In this document: piece after piece, positions 18,745 to 29,135 of the stretch
How positions within the stretch are numbered: position 1 is the stretch's first letter
How the letters are laid out: each line of letters opens with the position of its first letter
Virus record (IMG/VR): IMGVR_UViG_3300037193_001286
Location: 9,859-73,858 of that record
Direction: 5' to 3' (one strand)
Source of the DNA: a virus
DNA length: 64,000 nucleotides
Position numbers and translations under genes: made by a program
The notes under the pieces: model-generated
What the model was told of the DNA's origin: nothing
The model's input: the letters and a program-made list of their open reading frames with translations, nothing else
The model's database searches: none

Positions 18745-20206
18745 CCAGCGCGAACATGTCTTTCACCTGATCGGGGACGCCGTCCTTTTCTTCTTCCTCA
18801 GCTTCGGCCGCCGGCGGCGGCGCAGGCGGGGCTTCCGGAGCTTCCGGCGCTGGCGTTACCGGTTGCTCATTCTCTGTCTGCGCCCATGCCGACAGCGGAA
18901 CGACTTGCTGCTGAACGCGCGGTTCTTTGCCATATCCGCCCGGAACGGCTGGCAGTTCCTCAGTGTTGCGGGCCTCGTCCGGTGCATAGATACCACCTTG
19001 CACGCCTCGCGCCAGTGCCTCGATCCGGTCCTTGTAAGCGACGCGAAGAAGCGCGCGCGTATCAAATTCCACGTACTCATCAGGCCATCCCTTGAGGCCG
19101 AAGAACTGGTCGAACGCCACCTCGATGTGGTTGATCGCATAGCCGAGGCCACGAGAGAGCCAGAACTGCATCAGCGCTTCCGTCGAGGAAAACGTGCCCT
19201 TGTCGGCGAGACCGAGGATTGCTGGCGGGACGCCATAGACCATGAAGATTTCGTCTTGCGTCAGCTTCAGCGCTTGGGCGACTTCCGAGTCCTTGGCGCT
19301 CATCGCCACGCCCTTGAACTTCATGCCGTTGGTGAGGATCGGCGGTCCCGCGTCGAGATTGTCGATGCCACGCCACGTCTCATTCAGCCGCGCGCGCAGT
19401 TCGGTGATTTGCTCCTTGGTGAAATTCAGATCGGTTTCGATCACGCCGGGCGGGCGGTTCATGTTGCCGAAGAAGTTGATCAGCTGCTGGCCGATCAGGC
19501 GTTGCGCCATGATGGCGTCGGAAGCGTGCCGGAGCGGCGGCACGCCCTTCAGCCAGTTGCCGCGTTCGGCTTCAAGCTTGACATGCAGCACGTCGCGCGC
19601 GGGCACGATCCGCTTCTTGTTCATGTGAGCGTAGCCGCCCAATGAGACCGCCATCGGATCATAGCCAGCTGCGGAAACAGCGTCGGCCTCAAGGACGTTG
19701 TTGCCCGCCAGCTCATAGAAAATCTGCTGGTCATCGCCGACGATTGCCTGTGATTGCCTTGGATCGAACGGATGCAGCGCGTCCACCTCGAAACGCGAAT
19801 TGCGTGTGGCCAGGTGGTAGCTATTGCCGTCGATATAAAGGTTGCGGACGAGATTGAGGATGAAATCCGAACGCGACTGATAGTCGTTCGGATCTCTGAG
19901 GATCCGCGACAGCGCCGAATTGGTCACCCGCTCGCGCCCGCCGTCTCCGGTTGCGCGCCAGTGGTCACCGGGACACTGGGCTATCGTCTGGGCATAAGCT
20001 GAAACACATGCCTCGACCACTGCCGACACGCCGCCATTGCCGCGTATCGGATCGTAGTTCATTTGCCAGTAGTTCCAATGCTTACCCCATTCGTTCGGCA
20101 GAGCGCCGTCCGGGAAATGAACTACCCACGGTCCTTCGCGCGGCGCTCCCTCTTGTTTGGAAGCGCCTCGAAAAGGCTTGAGCAACGTGTCAAGCCAGCT
20201 TGCCAT
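18701..20206 (-). CDS. Portal protein (HK97 family)
   Basis: V.ACV...AQ.IA, L..PN.YQS, I..VYGVPP..LG and PDEAR..EELP motifs. Confidence 0.93.
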   Translation of the reverse strand: MASWLDTLLKPFRGASKQEGAPREGPWVVHFPDGALPNEWGKHWNYWQMNYDPIRGNGGVSAVVEACVSAYAQTIAQCPGDHWRATGDGGRERVTNSALSRILRDPNDYQSRSDFILNLVRNLYIDGNSYHLATRNSRFEVDALHPFDPRQSQAIVGDDQQIFYELAGNNVLEADAVSAAGYDPMAVSLGGYAHMNKKRIVPARDVLHVKLEAERGNWLKGVPPLRHASDAIMAQRLIGQQLINFFGNMNRPPGVIETDLNFTKEQITELRARLNETWRGIDNLDAGPPILTNGMKFKGVAMSAKDSEVAQALKLTQDEIFMVYGVPPAILGLADKGTFSSTEALMQFWLSRGLGYAINHIEVAFDQFFGLKGWPDEYVEFDTRALLRVAYKDRIEALARGVQGGIYAPDEARNTEELPAVPGGYGKEPRVQQQVVPLSAWAQTENEQPVTPAPEAPEAPPAPPPAAEAEEEEKDGVPDQVKDMFALDAIRGARKEARDAA

Positions 20207-20212
20207 CGGATT

Positions 20213-20563
20213 TTACTCGTCCTTTGGCTTGGATACCGATCTGGTTTTGTAGGCTTCGCCGGTCTTGTCGGCTTCAAGCGTTCGCGTCTGCGCAGATGTC
20301 GTGGTCTCCGACCCTTCATCCTGCGTGGCGGTTTTCCGCGTCCTTTTGGCCGGTTCTTCCTCGCCGCGAAGCTTCCGAGCTGCCGTCACGGCCGCCTCCA
20401 ACGCTTTTTCGTGATCATATTCCTTGGCTGGCTCATCGCTCGCCGCAGCGTATGGATCGATTGCCCAGCCATCCCGGATCGCTGCTTTTGCGACATCGGC
20501 CGGGACATCAATATGTTGCCCCGCGTAGGGGCCAACGGTCGCTTGAATGCGCTGTGTCGTCAT
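20213..20563 (-). CDS. Hypothetical head-associated protein
   Basis: GPYAG...DV....A..AI.DGWA motif; lies between the capsid and portal genes. Confidence 0.6.
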   Translation of the reverse strand: MTTQRIQATVGPYAGQHIDVPADVAKAAIRDGWAIDPYAAASDEPAKEYDHEKALEAAVTAARKLRGEEEPAKRTRKTATQDEGSETTTSAQTRTLEADKTGEAYKTRSVSKPKDE

Positions 20564-20585
20564 GGCGGTCTCCCTTTGCCAAAGG

Positions 20586-20614
20586 AACCGGCCCGGCGCT
20601 AAACCGGGCCGGAA
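20586..20614 (-). terminator. Stem-loop after the major capsid gene
   Basis: CCGGCCCGG-loop-CCGGGCCGG inverted repeat. Confidence 0.55.
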
Positions 20615-20631
20615 GAAGGTTGTTCAAAGGA

Positions 20632-22599
20632 TCACCAGTTGACGCCCTGTACGGCTGCGATCATCCCGGCGCGACGCATTGCCCACTCGACATAGAGGGT
20701 CATGCGAACGCCGACAGTGTCAGTCTGCCAGAGCGAGCGGATCGGGCTTGCCGTTGCTGGCGTAGCACCGCCAGTGACGAGCGGCGCGGGCGTCGTGTCT
20801 TCCTCGTGGATCGTTGCCTGATCGGAGATCGAGAACCGGGGCGTATCGCCGTTCGCCGAGGCGAAGTCGGCAGCATCGACCGCGATGACGGTATCCGCAG
20901 GCACCGTGTTGGAGACGAGGAAGGTGACGTTCAGCCGCTGGGCAGCTTCCGCCTGGTTGAAGATGAACTCGCCCGTCGAGGACTGCGCCCAGTTGACGCC
21001 CATGCTCTGGACCGGGTTCATGATGATGGCGATGTTGCGGCCACCGCCATTCGCGGTGATCGCTCCCACGAGCGCCTTGAAGTCGGCGATCATGGCCAGC
21101 GGACCGCTGGGGTTCGCGTCGGGCGTTAGCGGGGTGACACCGTTCAGGAGACCTGCCGGGCGCACCACCGATCCAGCGACATCGTCGAGCAGGTAGGAGT
21201 CGATGGACTCCATCGTGTCGTCGGCCATCGCCTGACGAATGACCGCCTCGATCGCCGGGACCGAATGCATGGCCAGTTCTTCAGTGAAGGTCGAGATCAC
21301 TGCCAGCTTCTTGGGCGTCAGCGTGATAGTGGTGAGACCGATGCGGCGAACCGGCTTCGGTGCACCCTCACCTACCCAAGAACCTGCGAGCTTCGGCGTA
21401 TTGGCGCGGGCCGGAATCTTGAGCGACGCGTTCGCGCCGAACGAGAACCGGACGCCAAGGTTGGACAGCCTCGTATAGATCGACTCCGGCATCAACCGGT
21501 CGATAAAGTCGAGGTTGGCCTGCTGCACCAATTCGGCAGCCCAGCCCGGCGTGGTCGTGTTTGCCGGGTTGGTCACGGCCCTGAGAACGACTTCCGTCAT
21601 TTCGTCGTTGCCATAGACCGCCTGCATGGCTTCAAGCGGGTTCTGCTGGCGCATGCGCGCGAGGAAGTGCACGACGCCCGCACGGACGAGGAAGTCGCCC
21701 GGCTCGACCTTCTTCTTCGCCATGGCGAATGGTCGCTTCTGATCAGCCGGTGCCTGACGCTGCGGCTGCTGAAGCTGCGGCTGCGGTTCTTCCGAGTCCC
21801 TGGAATTGGCCGTCGTAAGCGCGAGGGCGCGTTCGGCCGACTGAAGGGTGACGAGCTGCTTCTGAGCGACGGCGATACGGCCGTCCTCGCCGCGAGCCAG
21901 TTCTTCCAGCTCAATCTGTTCGGCTTCGTCGAGTTCTTCCATGCCGGTAAGCACGGTGAGGCGGTCGCGCAGGTCATTCAGAGTCGTCTGCGCCGCCTTG
22001 ATGCGATCAGCGAGTTTCATTGATTTTCTCCCGGATGCAGGGAGTTGCGGCTTGGCGATCTTGCCTGGGGAACCGCCTTCTCCATCCAGCTCCGGTGCGG
22101 CGATCTTGCCATAGAGCTGGCGGCTAACGTCGGCGGGAAGAGCCAACGAGCGGCCGATTTGCAGCGCGTTGGGATTGGCGGGAACGGCGACAAGCGAGCA
22201 TTCGACAAGCTCGCTCTTGAGGTAACGGTATGGCCCCCAGCTGCCAGCGTCCTTGTCTATCGGCTCCTTGTCGATGGGGCGGAAACCGACCGACACGGCC
22301 TTGAGGATGCCTTGCTTCCAGAGGCGACGAATATTGTCGACGAGTTGACTGGTGCCTTCCTCAGCCAGCTTGAGGCGGCCGATCAGACGGCGACCCTCGA
22401 CGCGCACATTCTCCCAAGTTCCGACGATGGCGTCGGAATGGTGATTGAACAGCGCGATGGGGTTCTTCTTGAAGGACGATAAATCCCAACCGGCAGCGAG
22501 AATGATCTCGCCGTAACGGTCTACAGTTTCGTCGGAAAGGACATATTCGGAAGGATCGCGTTCGGACTGCCTGGCGGTGCGATAGACGATCTCTTTCAT
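20632..22599 (-). CDS. Prohead protease-major capsid protein fusion (HK97 fold)
   Basis: N-terminal S78 protease motifs (DRYGEII, LFNH, AVSVGF, ECSLVAVPANPNA), coiled-coil scaffold and HK97 capsid motifs (WVGEG..KP, SLWQ). Confidence 0.92.
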   Translation of the reverse strand: MKEIVYRTARQSERDPSEYVLSDETVDRYGEIILAAGWDLSSFKKNPIALFNHHSDAIVGTWENVRVEGRRLIGRLKLAEEGTSQLVDNIRRLWKQGILKAVSVGFRPIDKEPIDKDAGSWGPYRYLKSELVECSLVAVPANPNALQIGRSLALPADVSRQLYGKIAAPELDGEGGSPGKIAKPQLPASGRKSMKLADRIKAAQTTLNDLRDRLTVLTGMEELDEAEQIELEELARGEDGRIAVAQKQLVTLQSAERALALTTANSRDSEEPQPQLQQPQRQAPADQKRPFAMAKKKVEPGDFLVRAGVVHFLARMRQQNPLEAMQAVYGNDEMTEVVLRAVTNPANTTTPGWAAELVQQANLDFIDRLMPESIYTRLSNLGVRFSFGANASLKIPARANTPKLAGSWVGEGAPKPVRRIGLTTITLTPKKLAVISTFTEELAMHSVPAIEAVIRQAMADDTMESIDSYLLDDVAGSVVRPAGLLNGVTPLTPDANPSGPLAMIADFKALVGAITANGGGRNIAIIMNPVQSMGVNWAQSSTGEFIFNQAEAAQRLNVTFLVSNTVPADTVIAVDAADFASANGDTPRFSISDQATIHEEDTTPAPLVTGGATPATASPIRSLWQTDTVGVRMTLYVEWAMRRAGMIAAVQGVNW

Positions 22600-22643
22600 G
22601 ACTCAGCAACCCTGCTTGAAAAGGTTGCTGGTCCATTTACACC

Positions 22644-22862
22644 CTACCTGCGTAACATGTCCGTTACGTCAGCCCTGTTATGCCGGTCGGCGAGCGACTT
22701 AAGGCGGGCATAGGTGTCGTATGAAGGTCTGGACGTTTCCCCAATGGACAGTCGCCAGAGGGTTTGACGCGAGAGGCCTGTTTCGCGGGCTATCTCGCTC
22801 TTGGTCATGCCGGTACTTTCGATGCCAGCTATGATCGCTGCGAACTTTTCCGCATCCGTCAA
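22644..22862 (-). CDS. XRE-family HTH protein
   Basis: GMT.SEIARETGLSRQTLWRL..GE..RPSY. Confidence 0.8.
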   Translation of the reverse strand: MTDAEKFAAIIAGIESTGMTKSEIARETGLSRQTLWRLSIGETSRPSYDTYARLKSLADRHNRADVTDMLRR

Positions 22863-22929
22863 TCGTCTTCCCTATCCATCTATCCTTGTTGCGCAAATTA
22901 TAAACCAGTGCTGGATCGCAACAAAATCA

Positions 22930-22970
22930 TCAAATTTGCCTTTACAATTGAGCAAATCTGACTATATTTG
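22930..22970 (+). promoter_or_regulatory. Promoter with two CAAA(T/C)(T/C)TG boxes upstream of an HTH gene
   Basis: TCAAATTTGC at 22930; TTACAA-17-TATTTG with GCAAATCTGA in the spacer; same architecture as the island promoters. Confidence 0.55.
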
Positions 22971-23000
22971 CCACATCTCCCCACGCAAGGAACAACAGAC

Positions 23001-23279
23001 ATGGACGCATACGATCTGATCAAATGGCGCGAGATGCATTTTGGCCCGGACCGCAAGAGTGCGGCTGAGGCGATGGGGATCGCGTACAATTCTCTGAAGG
23101 CCTACGAGACCGGCAAAAGCATCCCGGCGTATATCCCGCTGGTCTGCGCGGCGATTGCGGCCGACATCGGCCCATGGAAACTGCCAGCCAAGCTGATGAA
23201 GGAGAAGAAAGCCAACCCCGTAATCACCCCGACGTCGAGGCCTCGCGGCAACCCAAATTGGACGAGCAAAGCATCATGA
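23001..23279 (+). CDS. XRE-family HTH regulator
   Basis: L.KWRE......SAAEAMGI..NSL..YETG...IP; AAGGA RBS. Confidence 0.8.
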   Translation: MDAYDLIKWREMHFGPDRKSAAEAMGIAYNSLKAYETGKSIPAYIPLVCAAIAADIGPWKLPAKLMKEKKANPVITPTSRPRGNPNWTSKAS

Positions 23280-23632
23280 AGACCTACGTCCTCTTGCCTA
23301 ATCGGATGATCGCTGAAGCTGGCTTCATGGACTGGGCGGTCTGGTTCGAAGATGCTGGCGATGAGCGGGTTGTCGCACAGTCTGAAACAGAGATGCATGC
23401 GGTAAGCACCGTCTTTATCGGGATCGATTATCGGGTTTTCGGCAAGGGTCCGCCGCTTGTGTTCGAAACGATGGTCGTTTCGAAAGGTGGCGGTGAATTC
23501 GACTGGGAAGATGATCACGGCCAATGGCGTTATTCGTCATGGGATGACGCTGAGGCTGGCCATCACGCGGCTCTGCGGCGGGTGCTCAAGGCCGAAGCCG
23601 AGGCAGCAAAGACGATTGCGGGGCAAGCATGA
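23276..23632 (+). CDS. Conserved phage hypothetical protein
   Basis: VSTVF.G.D......PP..FETMV and RYSSWDDAEAGH motifs; ATGA-coupled. Confidence 0.65.
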   Translation: MKTYVLLPNRMIAEAGFMDWAVWFEDAGDERVVAQSETEMHAVSTVFIGIDYRVFGKGPPLVFETMVVSKGGGEFDWEDDHGQWRYSSWDDAEAGHHAALRRVLKAEAEAAKTIAGQA

Positions 23633-23922
23633 TTGCAAAATCGGAAAATTTCCGGAATCGCAACATACCCGGAAAATGGATCGTCACCGTGCCGCTCTGG
23701 CGCAATGGAAAGGGCGTTCCCATCGATGAGCGCCTAGGGCAGCTGGAAGCGTTCAAAGAGTTGACCGGGCACTATGCCGCGCCCTTTGAAAGCGAGGAAA
23801 AGGCCGACAGCGCCGCCTATTTATGGTCTCAGGCGTTGGGTTTCAGCGTCGAGGCAAAACGGCGCGGACCGGCCATTTCAGCAGAAGACTCCGACAGGAT
23901 CGTTGCCGCAGCCACAAAATAA
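23629..23922 (+). CDS. Hypothetical protein
   Basis: ATGA-coupled ORF, followed by a GGCCGGG..CCCGGCC hairpin. Confidence 0.55.
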   Translation: MIAKSENFRNRNIPGKWIVTVPLWRNGKGVPIDERLGQLEAFKELTGHYAAPFESEEKADSAAYLWSQALGFSVEAKRRGPAISAEDSDRIVAAATK

Positions 23923-24229
23923 AAAGGCCGGGGATGATACCCGGCCAAGATCAGGAGAAAATGTGAACGACAAGCCAAAGAGCCACTTGAACGTTGACAG
24001 TGTGCGGTCATGCCGTAGCCGCGTCAAGTCTGCCGTTAGCTAGGCTTCTTTCTCCTTGATAGTCGGCCTATCACGAAACCGGTCACGAACAGACATGCCA
24101 TGCGTCCAACCGGTTTGAAAAACTGGAAGAGAATTTCGCTAAGCAGGAGGATGTTGTCGAAGTGCGTGGTTACGAAATTGGTAACGATGCCCACGGACAA
24201 CATGCGCGCCAGCGAGCGCGCCCTGCTTA

Positions 24230-24625
24230 TCATTGCAGCGTCTTCTTCACTTCGCTCGAATATGCAACAAGTTCGTCGCCTTGAAAGACCAGCAACAGGT
24301 CCGCATTGCGCTCGACGATGTGCTGGATCGTCGGCAGATCAATGAAGTCGACACCGTCGTCACCGCCGAATGTGGCGCGTTTCGCTTCCCACCAATCGTC
24401 AAACTCCATCGTCGTCGGATCGCACTCATCGGCATAGACGACAGGAGGCTTTTCCCCTTCGCCGAACACGCCGTTATGCATCAGATAGACGCCGTGGTCA
24501 CCAACCAGCCAAAAGCCCGGCCCAGTCTCCTCGTCATGAAGGGTTCGGACACCCTTCAGCCAAGCGACTTCCGCCGCCAGTAGCAGTTCCTTCAGCTTGT
24601 CGTGTTTGAACGTTAACTTCCTCAT
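24230..24625 (-). CDS. DUF3085-like protein
   Basis: LVGDHGVYLM.N, YA..C.P and GGDD.VDF motifs. Confidence 0.75.
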   Translation of the reverse strand: MRKLTFKHDKLKELLLAAEVAWLKGVRTLHDEETGPGFWLVGDHGVYLMHNGVFGEGEKPPVVYADECDPTTMEFDDWWEAKRATFGGDDGVDFIDLPTIQHIVERNADLLLVFQGDELVAYSSEVKKTLQ

Positions 24626-24883
24626 TGCCCCAACCCCATAATGCGGCGCACACTTCGCGCCAGTTTTGCTGCTTCTCTTTGATGGACGCGCGCATCGCGC
24701 AGGTCGTCATCGGTAGTTTCGCCCTTTTGCCATGACCGCGAGCTGCAATATTCCTTGGCGGCGCGGTCCTGTAACCTCGCCACGACGTCCAAGCTGGCGA
24801 TGCCCGTATTGCGATCCTCGTTGGTCATGACCATTTGCCCCTTTGTTTTGGATGGGGGCCAGCATACGCCAGCCCCCTTTTAT

Positions 24884-25132
24884 TCAGCAGGAAAGGCTGT
24901 AGCTGCAATCCGTGCCGAAGGAGTCATACGACTTCTGTTGGCCGACCTTGCCAGTGTAGGGATTCGTATTCCCCTGATAGGAGTAATTGTTATCCCGGAC
25001 ACCGTCAGCCGATGAGCGGAAGTGTCCCTGAACGTAGGTGCCGTCGCTACGCGTGTAGCCGTTGACATATTCATCGGCGAAAGCGGGTGCGGCAGTAACA
25101 ATAATCGCCATAGCAGCGAGCATGCTTTTCAT
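24884..25132 (-). CDS. Small exported protein
   Basis: Signal peptide followed by YV.GY.RSDGTYV.GH.RS...N.NPYTG. Confidence 0.75.
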   Translation of the reverse strand: MKSMLAAMAIIVTAAPAFADEYVNGYTRSDGTYVQGHFRSSADGVRDNNYSYQGNTNPYTGKVGQQKSYDSFGTDCSYSLSC

Positions 25133-25209
25133 TTCGGTTTTCCCATCTGAGCGTGCCATCTTCGGGATCGGAATGCTCAATCCGACCGACGCCCTCGCGA
25201 GCGTTTCGG

Positions 25210-25656
25210 CTATTTTCCGGGACGCTTCCATTTGTCGCCCAACTCGGCATTCGGGCCGCACCAGTGGCGCAGCCGCGCCAGCTTGGCGTCTCTGCCGGGC
25301 TGGTATGGTAGGGCGACGCCATCGCGGATCATTTGCTGGCCAATATTGACTTCGCCGACATAAACATGGGCCAGCATACGACCGTAACGATCCCTGCCAG
25401 TTGCCTCATAGGATACGGTTCCGCTGTCGAGCAGGGCGCGAAGATGCTCCTTTGCCGCAAGGCCGAGGATCAGTTCATTCTCGCAACGCGATCTGAATGT
25501 CTCAGGCGTATCGAGTTCCGTGATCCGGATCGTGACGCCATCAACACGGATGGTATCGCCGTCGATAATGTTTACGTTGCTCGCATTGGCAGTAGAAAAG
25601 GCAAGCGTCGTCGACGCGACAGCGAATGCCGCTACTAAAGGAAGTATTTTGTACAT
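25210..25656 (-). CDS. Secreted thermonuclease (SNase family)
   Basis: Signal peptide; IDGDTI, D.PE and DRYGR.LA motifs. Confidence 0.9.
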   Translation of the reverse strand: MYKILPLVAAFAVASTTLAFSTANASNVNIIDGDTIRVDGVTIRITELDTPETFRSRCENELILGLAAKEHLRALLDSGTVSYEATGRDRYGRMLAHVYVGEVNIGQQMIRDGVALPYQPGRDAKLARLRHWCGPNAELGDKWKRPGK

Positions 25657-25659
25657 AGT

Positions 25660-26163
25660 TTATCCCAGCATGGCGCGTATTGCGCCGATAAGAGTCGACC
25701 CTATTACGATAAGTAATATGATTTCTGCTATATTGTACATTTTAGACTTCGGTGAATTACAAGACATTGGTCTTGGCTCCACATCAGACTTTAGTCTTAC
25801 TGTCACGAACGTACCGCTATAACGAATCGCATCCTCCATTTCGAAGGTGAGCCGACGAAGGTCGTTGACCAGCGGTCGATACCGGCGCACGAAAGCTCCA
25901 CCCGCTCTCATTAGTTGTGGTTCCAGCGGCTCTAGGTTGCGTAGCATGCCCTCTATCAGGGTGCGTTGGTGAGTAACCTGCTCGACAATATTGGGTATCG
26001 GGTGGGCGCGCAGCATCTGGACAGTTTGCGACGCCATCATATAAGTGCGGGAAAGGTTCTCGATGACCGAGTCGCCTTCCTCTTGCAGCGGCAGAAGGTC
26101 ATCGTTCTCATCCGCGTCCCGATGACGCTCAAAGGCCGGATGCGCGGTGATGTCGATAATCAT
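25660..26163 (-). CDS. Hypothetical protein with a C-terminal hydrophobic helix
   Basis: 167 aa ORF with an RBS; hydrophobic tail. Confidence 0.45.
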   Translation of the reverse strand: MIIDITAHPAFERHRDADENDDLLPLQEEGDSVIENLSRTYMMASQTVQMLRAHPIPNIVEQVTHQRTLIEGMLRNLEPLEPQLMRAGGAFVRRYRPLVNDLRRLTFEMEDAIRYSGTFVTVRLKSDVEPRPMSCNSPKSKMYNIAEIILLIVIGSTLIGAIRAMLG

Positions 26164-26548
26164 CGAAGTTTCCTAATAGGTTACACAACCGTCTAATATA
26201 ATCTCAACGCGCGGCTGTCGGCCTCAAGCTGAAGCGCTTCCTTGAGCAGCGGTGTGGTGACATTGCCCCTGATACGCGATACGCGAAGTTGGCCCTCGCC
26301 TCGCTCGTTTCGGTACTCAAAAAGGTCCAAAACCCACCTTTCACCCTCGTATTCGACGGCAAAATCGATGTCAGACCGCACTTTCCTCATAGAAACACAC
26401 ATAGCGAGATACCCCCTAAAAATGTATGGGTCTTGTCATTTCTCTGTGTACTTGTTTTTATGCCTTGTCATTTCCCTGCGTACTTGCTTAACTTGGAATT
26501 ACCCCGAGGGCAAGTGTTAATGTACATAAATGTTGGATAGAGAAGGCT

Positions 26549-26761
26549 ATGGCAATCCGATCACCGAACGGCACGGTTACGATGCACGTCAACCTTTCGC
26601 TGCTCGGCGACATGCCTCAGCGCATCGACCAGGCGCGAGAGACTGGCGAGACAAGAGCCGCATTTATTCGAGGTGCGATTGAGCGCGAGCTGGAACGCCG
26701 TGCCTATCGCGATGATGTCGCCGCACAAAAACGAGAAGCCAATGGATTGGCCGCAAAATAA
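26549..26761 (+). CDS. Ribbon-helix-helix DNA-binding protein
   Basis: VNLSL...M..RID......TRAAFIR.AIEREL. Confidence 0.7.
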   Translation: MAIRSPNGTVTMHVNLSLLGDMPQRIDQARETGETRAAFIRGAIERELERRAYRDDVAAQKREANGLAAK

Positions 26762-26796
26762 CCCCCCGTCAAAACCTTTGAGAGAGGACTCCTTTG

Positions 26797-27081
26797 ATGG
26801 CAAACGTTGTGCCAATCGCATCAGCTACGGCTTTCAAGAAAGCCAAGACTGTCCATACGGACGATGGAGAAGTGAATTTCGCTAACGTCTATGAACTGAC
26901 AAAATTCGTCGCCGCAGAAATACGCGCCTCGAAAATGAAGTTCACCAAACTTGCGGACAAAGCTGGCTGCTGCCCGGCCACCGTTTCAAATCTCGCTCAT
27001 GGCGTTACCCGCGATCCGCGCACCGGAACGATGTTGAACATTCTCCGCGTTCTGGGCTTCCGCGTCATCGTCCGCCGATGA
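26797..27081 (+). CDS. XRE-family HTH protein
   Basis: LADKAG...ATVSNLA.G.T.DP...T...IL..LG. Confidence 0.75.
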   Translation: MANVVPIASATAFKKAKTVHTDDGEVNFANVYELTKFVAAEIRASKMKFTKLADKAGCCPATVSNLAHGVTRDPRTGTMLNILRVLGFRVIVRR

Positions 27082-27119
27082 CCGCTCCCTTCTACAAAAT
27101 CGAAAGGTGAGGCAGCAAC

Positions 27120-27572
27120 ATGGATATCCTTGACAAGATCAGAGATGAGATCGCAGAGCATGAGCGCGAGATCGAGCGGCTTACTATCGCCCTCGACGTG
27201 ATGGAAAGGCTGGCCAAGAAGGGCGTACTGAAACCCACTTCGTCGAAGCCCGCACCGATGTTCACGGTGAAGAGGGTTGGCGGGAAGAAGGCTGCGCCAG
27301 CGAAACCTTCCGGTATGCCAATGACGGACCGGATCATCGCGGCGGTCGAAGCTAACGGCCCTCTGACGTCGAAGCAGATGAAAACTCTGATCGACTTCAG
27401 TGGGCGGAAACCGAACTCGCTTTATACCTCGCTGGGCGATCTACTTAAGCAGAACAAGCTGATACGGGATGGCAAAGTTTATCGCCTTGCTTCGCGCAAG
27501 GAGACGACGCCAGAAGCGCCGGTTGAAACGGAAGCTGAAAGCAGCGAAGGCGGTCATGCAGCTGCCGCCTGA
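27120..27572 (+). CDS. Coiled-coil plus winged-helix protein
   Basis: N-terminal coiled coil; GPLTS.Q...LY..L..L....L.RDGK.YRL. Confidence 0.6.
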   Translation: MDILDKIRDEIAEHEREIERLTIALDVMERLAKKGVLKPTSSKPAPMFTVKRVGGKKAAPAKPSGMPMTDRIIAAVEANGPLTSKQMKTLIDFSGRKPNSLYTSLGDLLKQNKLIRDGKVYRLASRKETTPEAPVETEAESSEGGHAAAA

Positions 27573-27798
27573 CAATGTGTTGCCAATGTGGGTGGTCTGT
27601 CGGTCTCCGGCAGACTATCCGGGCAAGTTCACCGCCCGGTGTCAGTACGTTTGCGCTGGGGGCGTCACTCTTGTTGCAAGGGAAGTGATGGTTTGCGACC
27701 GCCTGATCACTATCCGGCGCAAGATGATCGGTGCAGGGCTGACGCGCCTTCCGCGACAGCCTGACGATGAACCGCAAATCCTTGAGGTTTGGGTGTGA
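27556..27798 (+). CDS. Conserved phage hypothetical protein
   Basis: P.DYPG.F.AR and L.R...DEP.I.E.W motifs. Confidence 0.55.
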   Translation: MQLPPDNVLPMWVVCRSPADYPGKFTARCQYVCAGGVTLVAREVMVCDRLITIRRKMIGAGLTRLPRQPDDEPQILEVWV

Positions 27799-28106
27799 AG
27801 AAGCGTGACTGGTATGTCGAGCATCGACAGCGTTGGATCATGGAGATGCTGGACATCTATGGCTTCATCAATCGAAACCATCTGATGAAGAAGTTTGGCG
27901 TCTCGACGGCGCAAGCAGCGCTCGACTTCCGCGATCTGCAAGACCGCTATCCAGACGCGATGATCTACAACGAGAGCGCCAAGCGTTACGAAAAGCTGGA
28001 AAGAGACGTCGAAGATGGCCCGCAAGAGTCGCAGGAAGTACAGGACCACTATGTTCGATTGCGGCGACGGCGCGCATCGCGTCGCAACCGTCGTGTCGCC
28101 CAATGA
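27795..28106 (+). CDS. Winged-helix protein resembling the N-terminus of WYL regulators
   Basis: G.INR.HLM.KFGVS..QA..DF..L......YN.S.K.Y. Confidence 0.6.
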   Translation: MKKRDWYVEHRQRWIMEMLDIYGFINRNHLMKKFGVSTAQAALDFRDLQDRYPDAMIYNESAKRYEKLERDVEDGPQESQEVQDHYVRLRRRRASRRNRRVAQ

Positions 28107-28491
28107 AGGTCCGCTTCGATTTCGGCGTACCCCTTGCGCGGAATGCCCATGGCGCAAGGATGCGCCCCTTGAGGCCTTCCCAGCAAACGCCTACCGCCAT
28201 TCGGCCGTGACCGCATGGGACATGGCCCAGAATGTTTTCTCCTGTCACATGTCAGGGATCGAGAAAGGTGCCGTCTGCGCCGGGTTCCTGCATCGTGGCG
28301 CTGAGCACAATCTGTCGATCCGGATGGCGATCATCACCAACCGGTTTGACTGGGCCGATCTGCCTGACAGCCCGGTCGATCTTTACGAGAGTTATCGCGC
28401 CATGGCTGAAGCCAACGGCGTTCCGGCCGACGATCCGATGCTGACGCCATGCCGGGCAAACAGGAAGTTTGAACGAAGGACAACTCGATGA
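28015..28491 (+). CDS. DUF6283-like Cys-rich protein
   Basis: PC.ECPWR.D, F.CH, CAGFL and HNL..R motifs. Confidence 0.7.
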   Translation: MARKSRRKYRTTMFDCGDGAHRVATVVSPNEGPLRFRRTPCAECPWRKDAPLEAFPANAYRHSAVTAWDMAQNVFSCHMSGIEKGAVCAGFLHRGAEHNLSIRMAIITNRFDWADLPDSPVDLYESYRAMAEANGVPADDPMLTPCRANRKFERRTTR

Positions 28492-28697
28492 GCGGCATGA
28501 TGGAACAGTACCGCTGCGAGCGGTGCAAGGAAGAGTTCTATTCGAACTGGACCGACGCCGAGGCGCGCGAGGAATTCGCCCTCACCTTTGGACGCGAAAC
28601 AAAGCCCGAGGACGCCGTGATTTGTGACGATTGCTACAAAGAACTGAAGGCCAAGTTGCTGGCCGCTGATTAACTATTTGAGGGAAAGGACCATACG

Positions 28698-29135
28698 ATG
28701 CAGAAGGCACTCAGCAAAGGGGAGTTCAAGACACCTGCCCGCGCTCCGCAGCAGCGGAACAGGAAGGTCAATGACCGCGAAAAGGAAATCAGCGTCATCG
28801 TCGGCCAGAATCTGAAGACGCTGCGCGCGATGGTCGGGATGTCGCAAATGACGTTGGCCGACTATCTGGGGGTTACATTCCAACAGGTGCAGAAATACGA
28901 GAGTGGGGCGAACCGTGTCAGCGCCCCGAAACTGGTGATGATGTCGGAAATCTTCAACACGCCGGTCACGACCTTCTTCTCCAATACTGGAATAACGGCG
29001 AAGGAAGAGAGCGTTTTGCCAACCTTCGGAAAGCATGGCATTCGCGCGGCAAGGCTCATCGAGACAATGCGGCCGGGGATGCGCGGCGCGGCGATCCGGG
29101 TATTGCAGACGCTTGCGGATGATAGTGACGTCTGA
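28698..29135 (+). CDS. XRE-family transcriptional regulator (alphaproteobacterial host-like)
   Basis: GMSQ..LA..LGVTFQQVQKYE.G.NRVSA. Confidence 0.9.
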   Translation: MQKALSKGEFKTPARAPQQRNRKVNDREKEISVIVGQNLKTLRAMVGMSQMTLADYLGVTFQQVQKYESGANRVSAPKLVMMSEIFNTPVTTFFSNTGITAKEESVLPTFGKHGIRAARLIETMRPGMRGAAIRVLQTLADDSDV

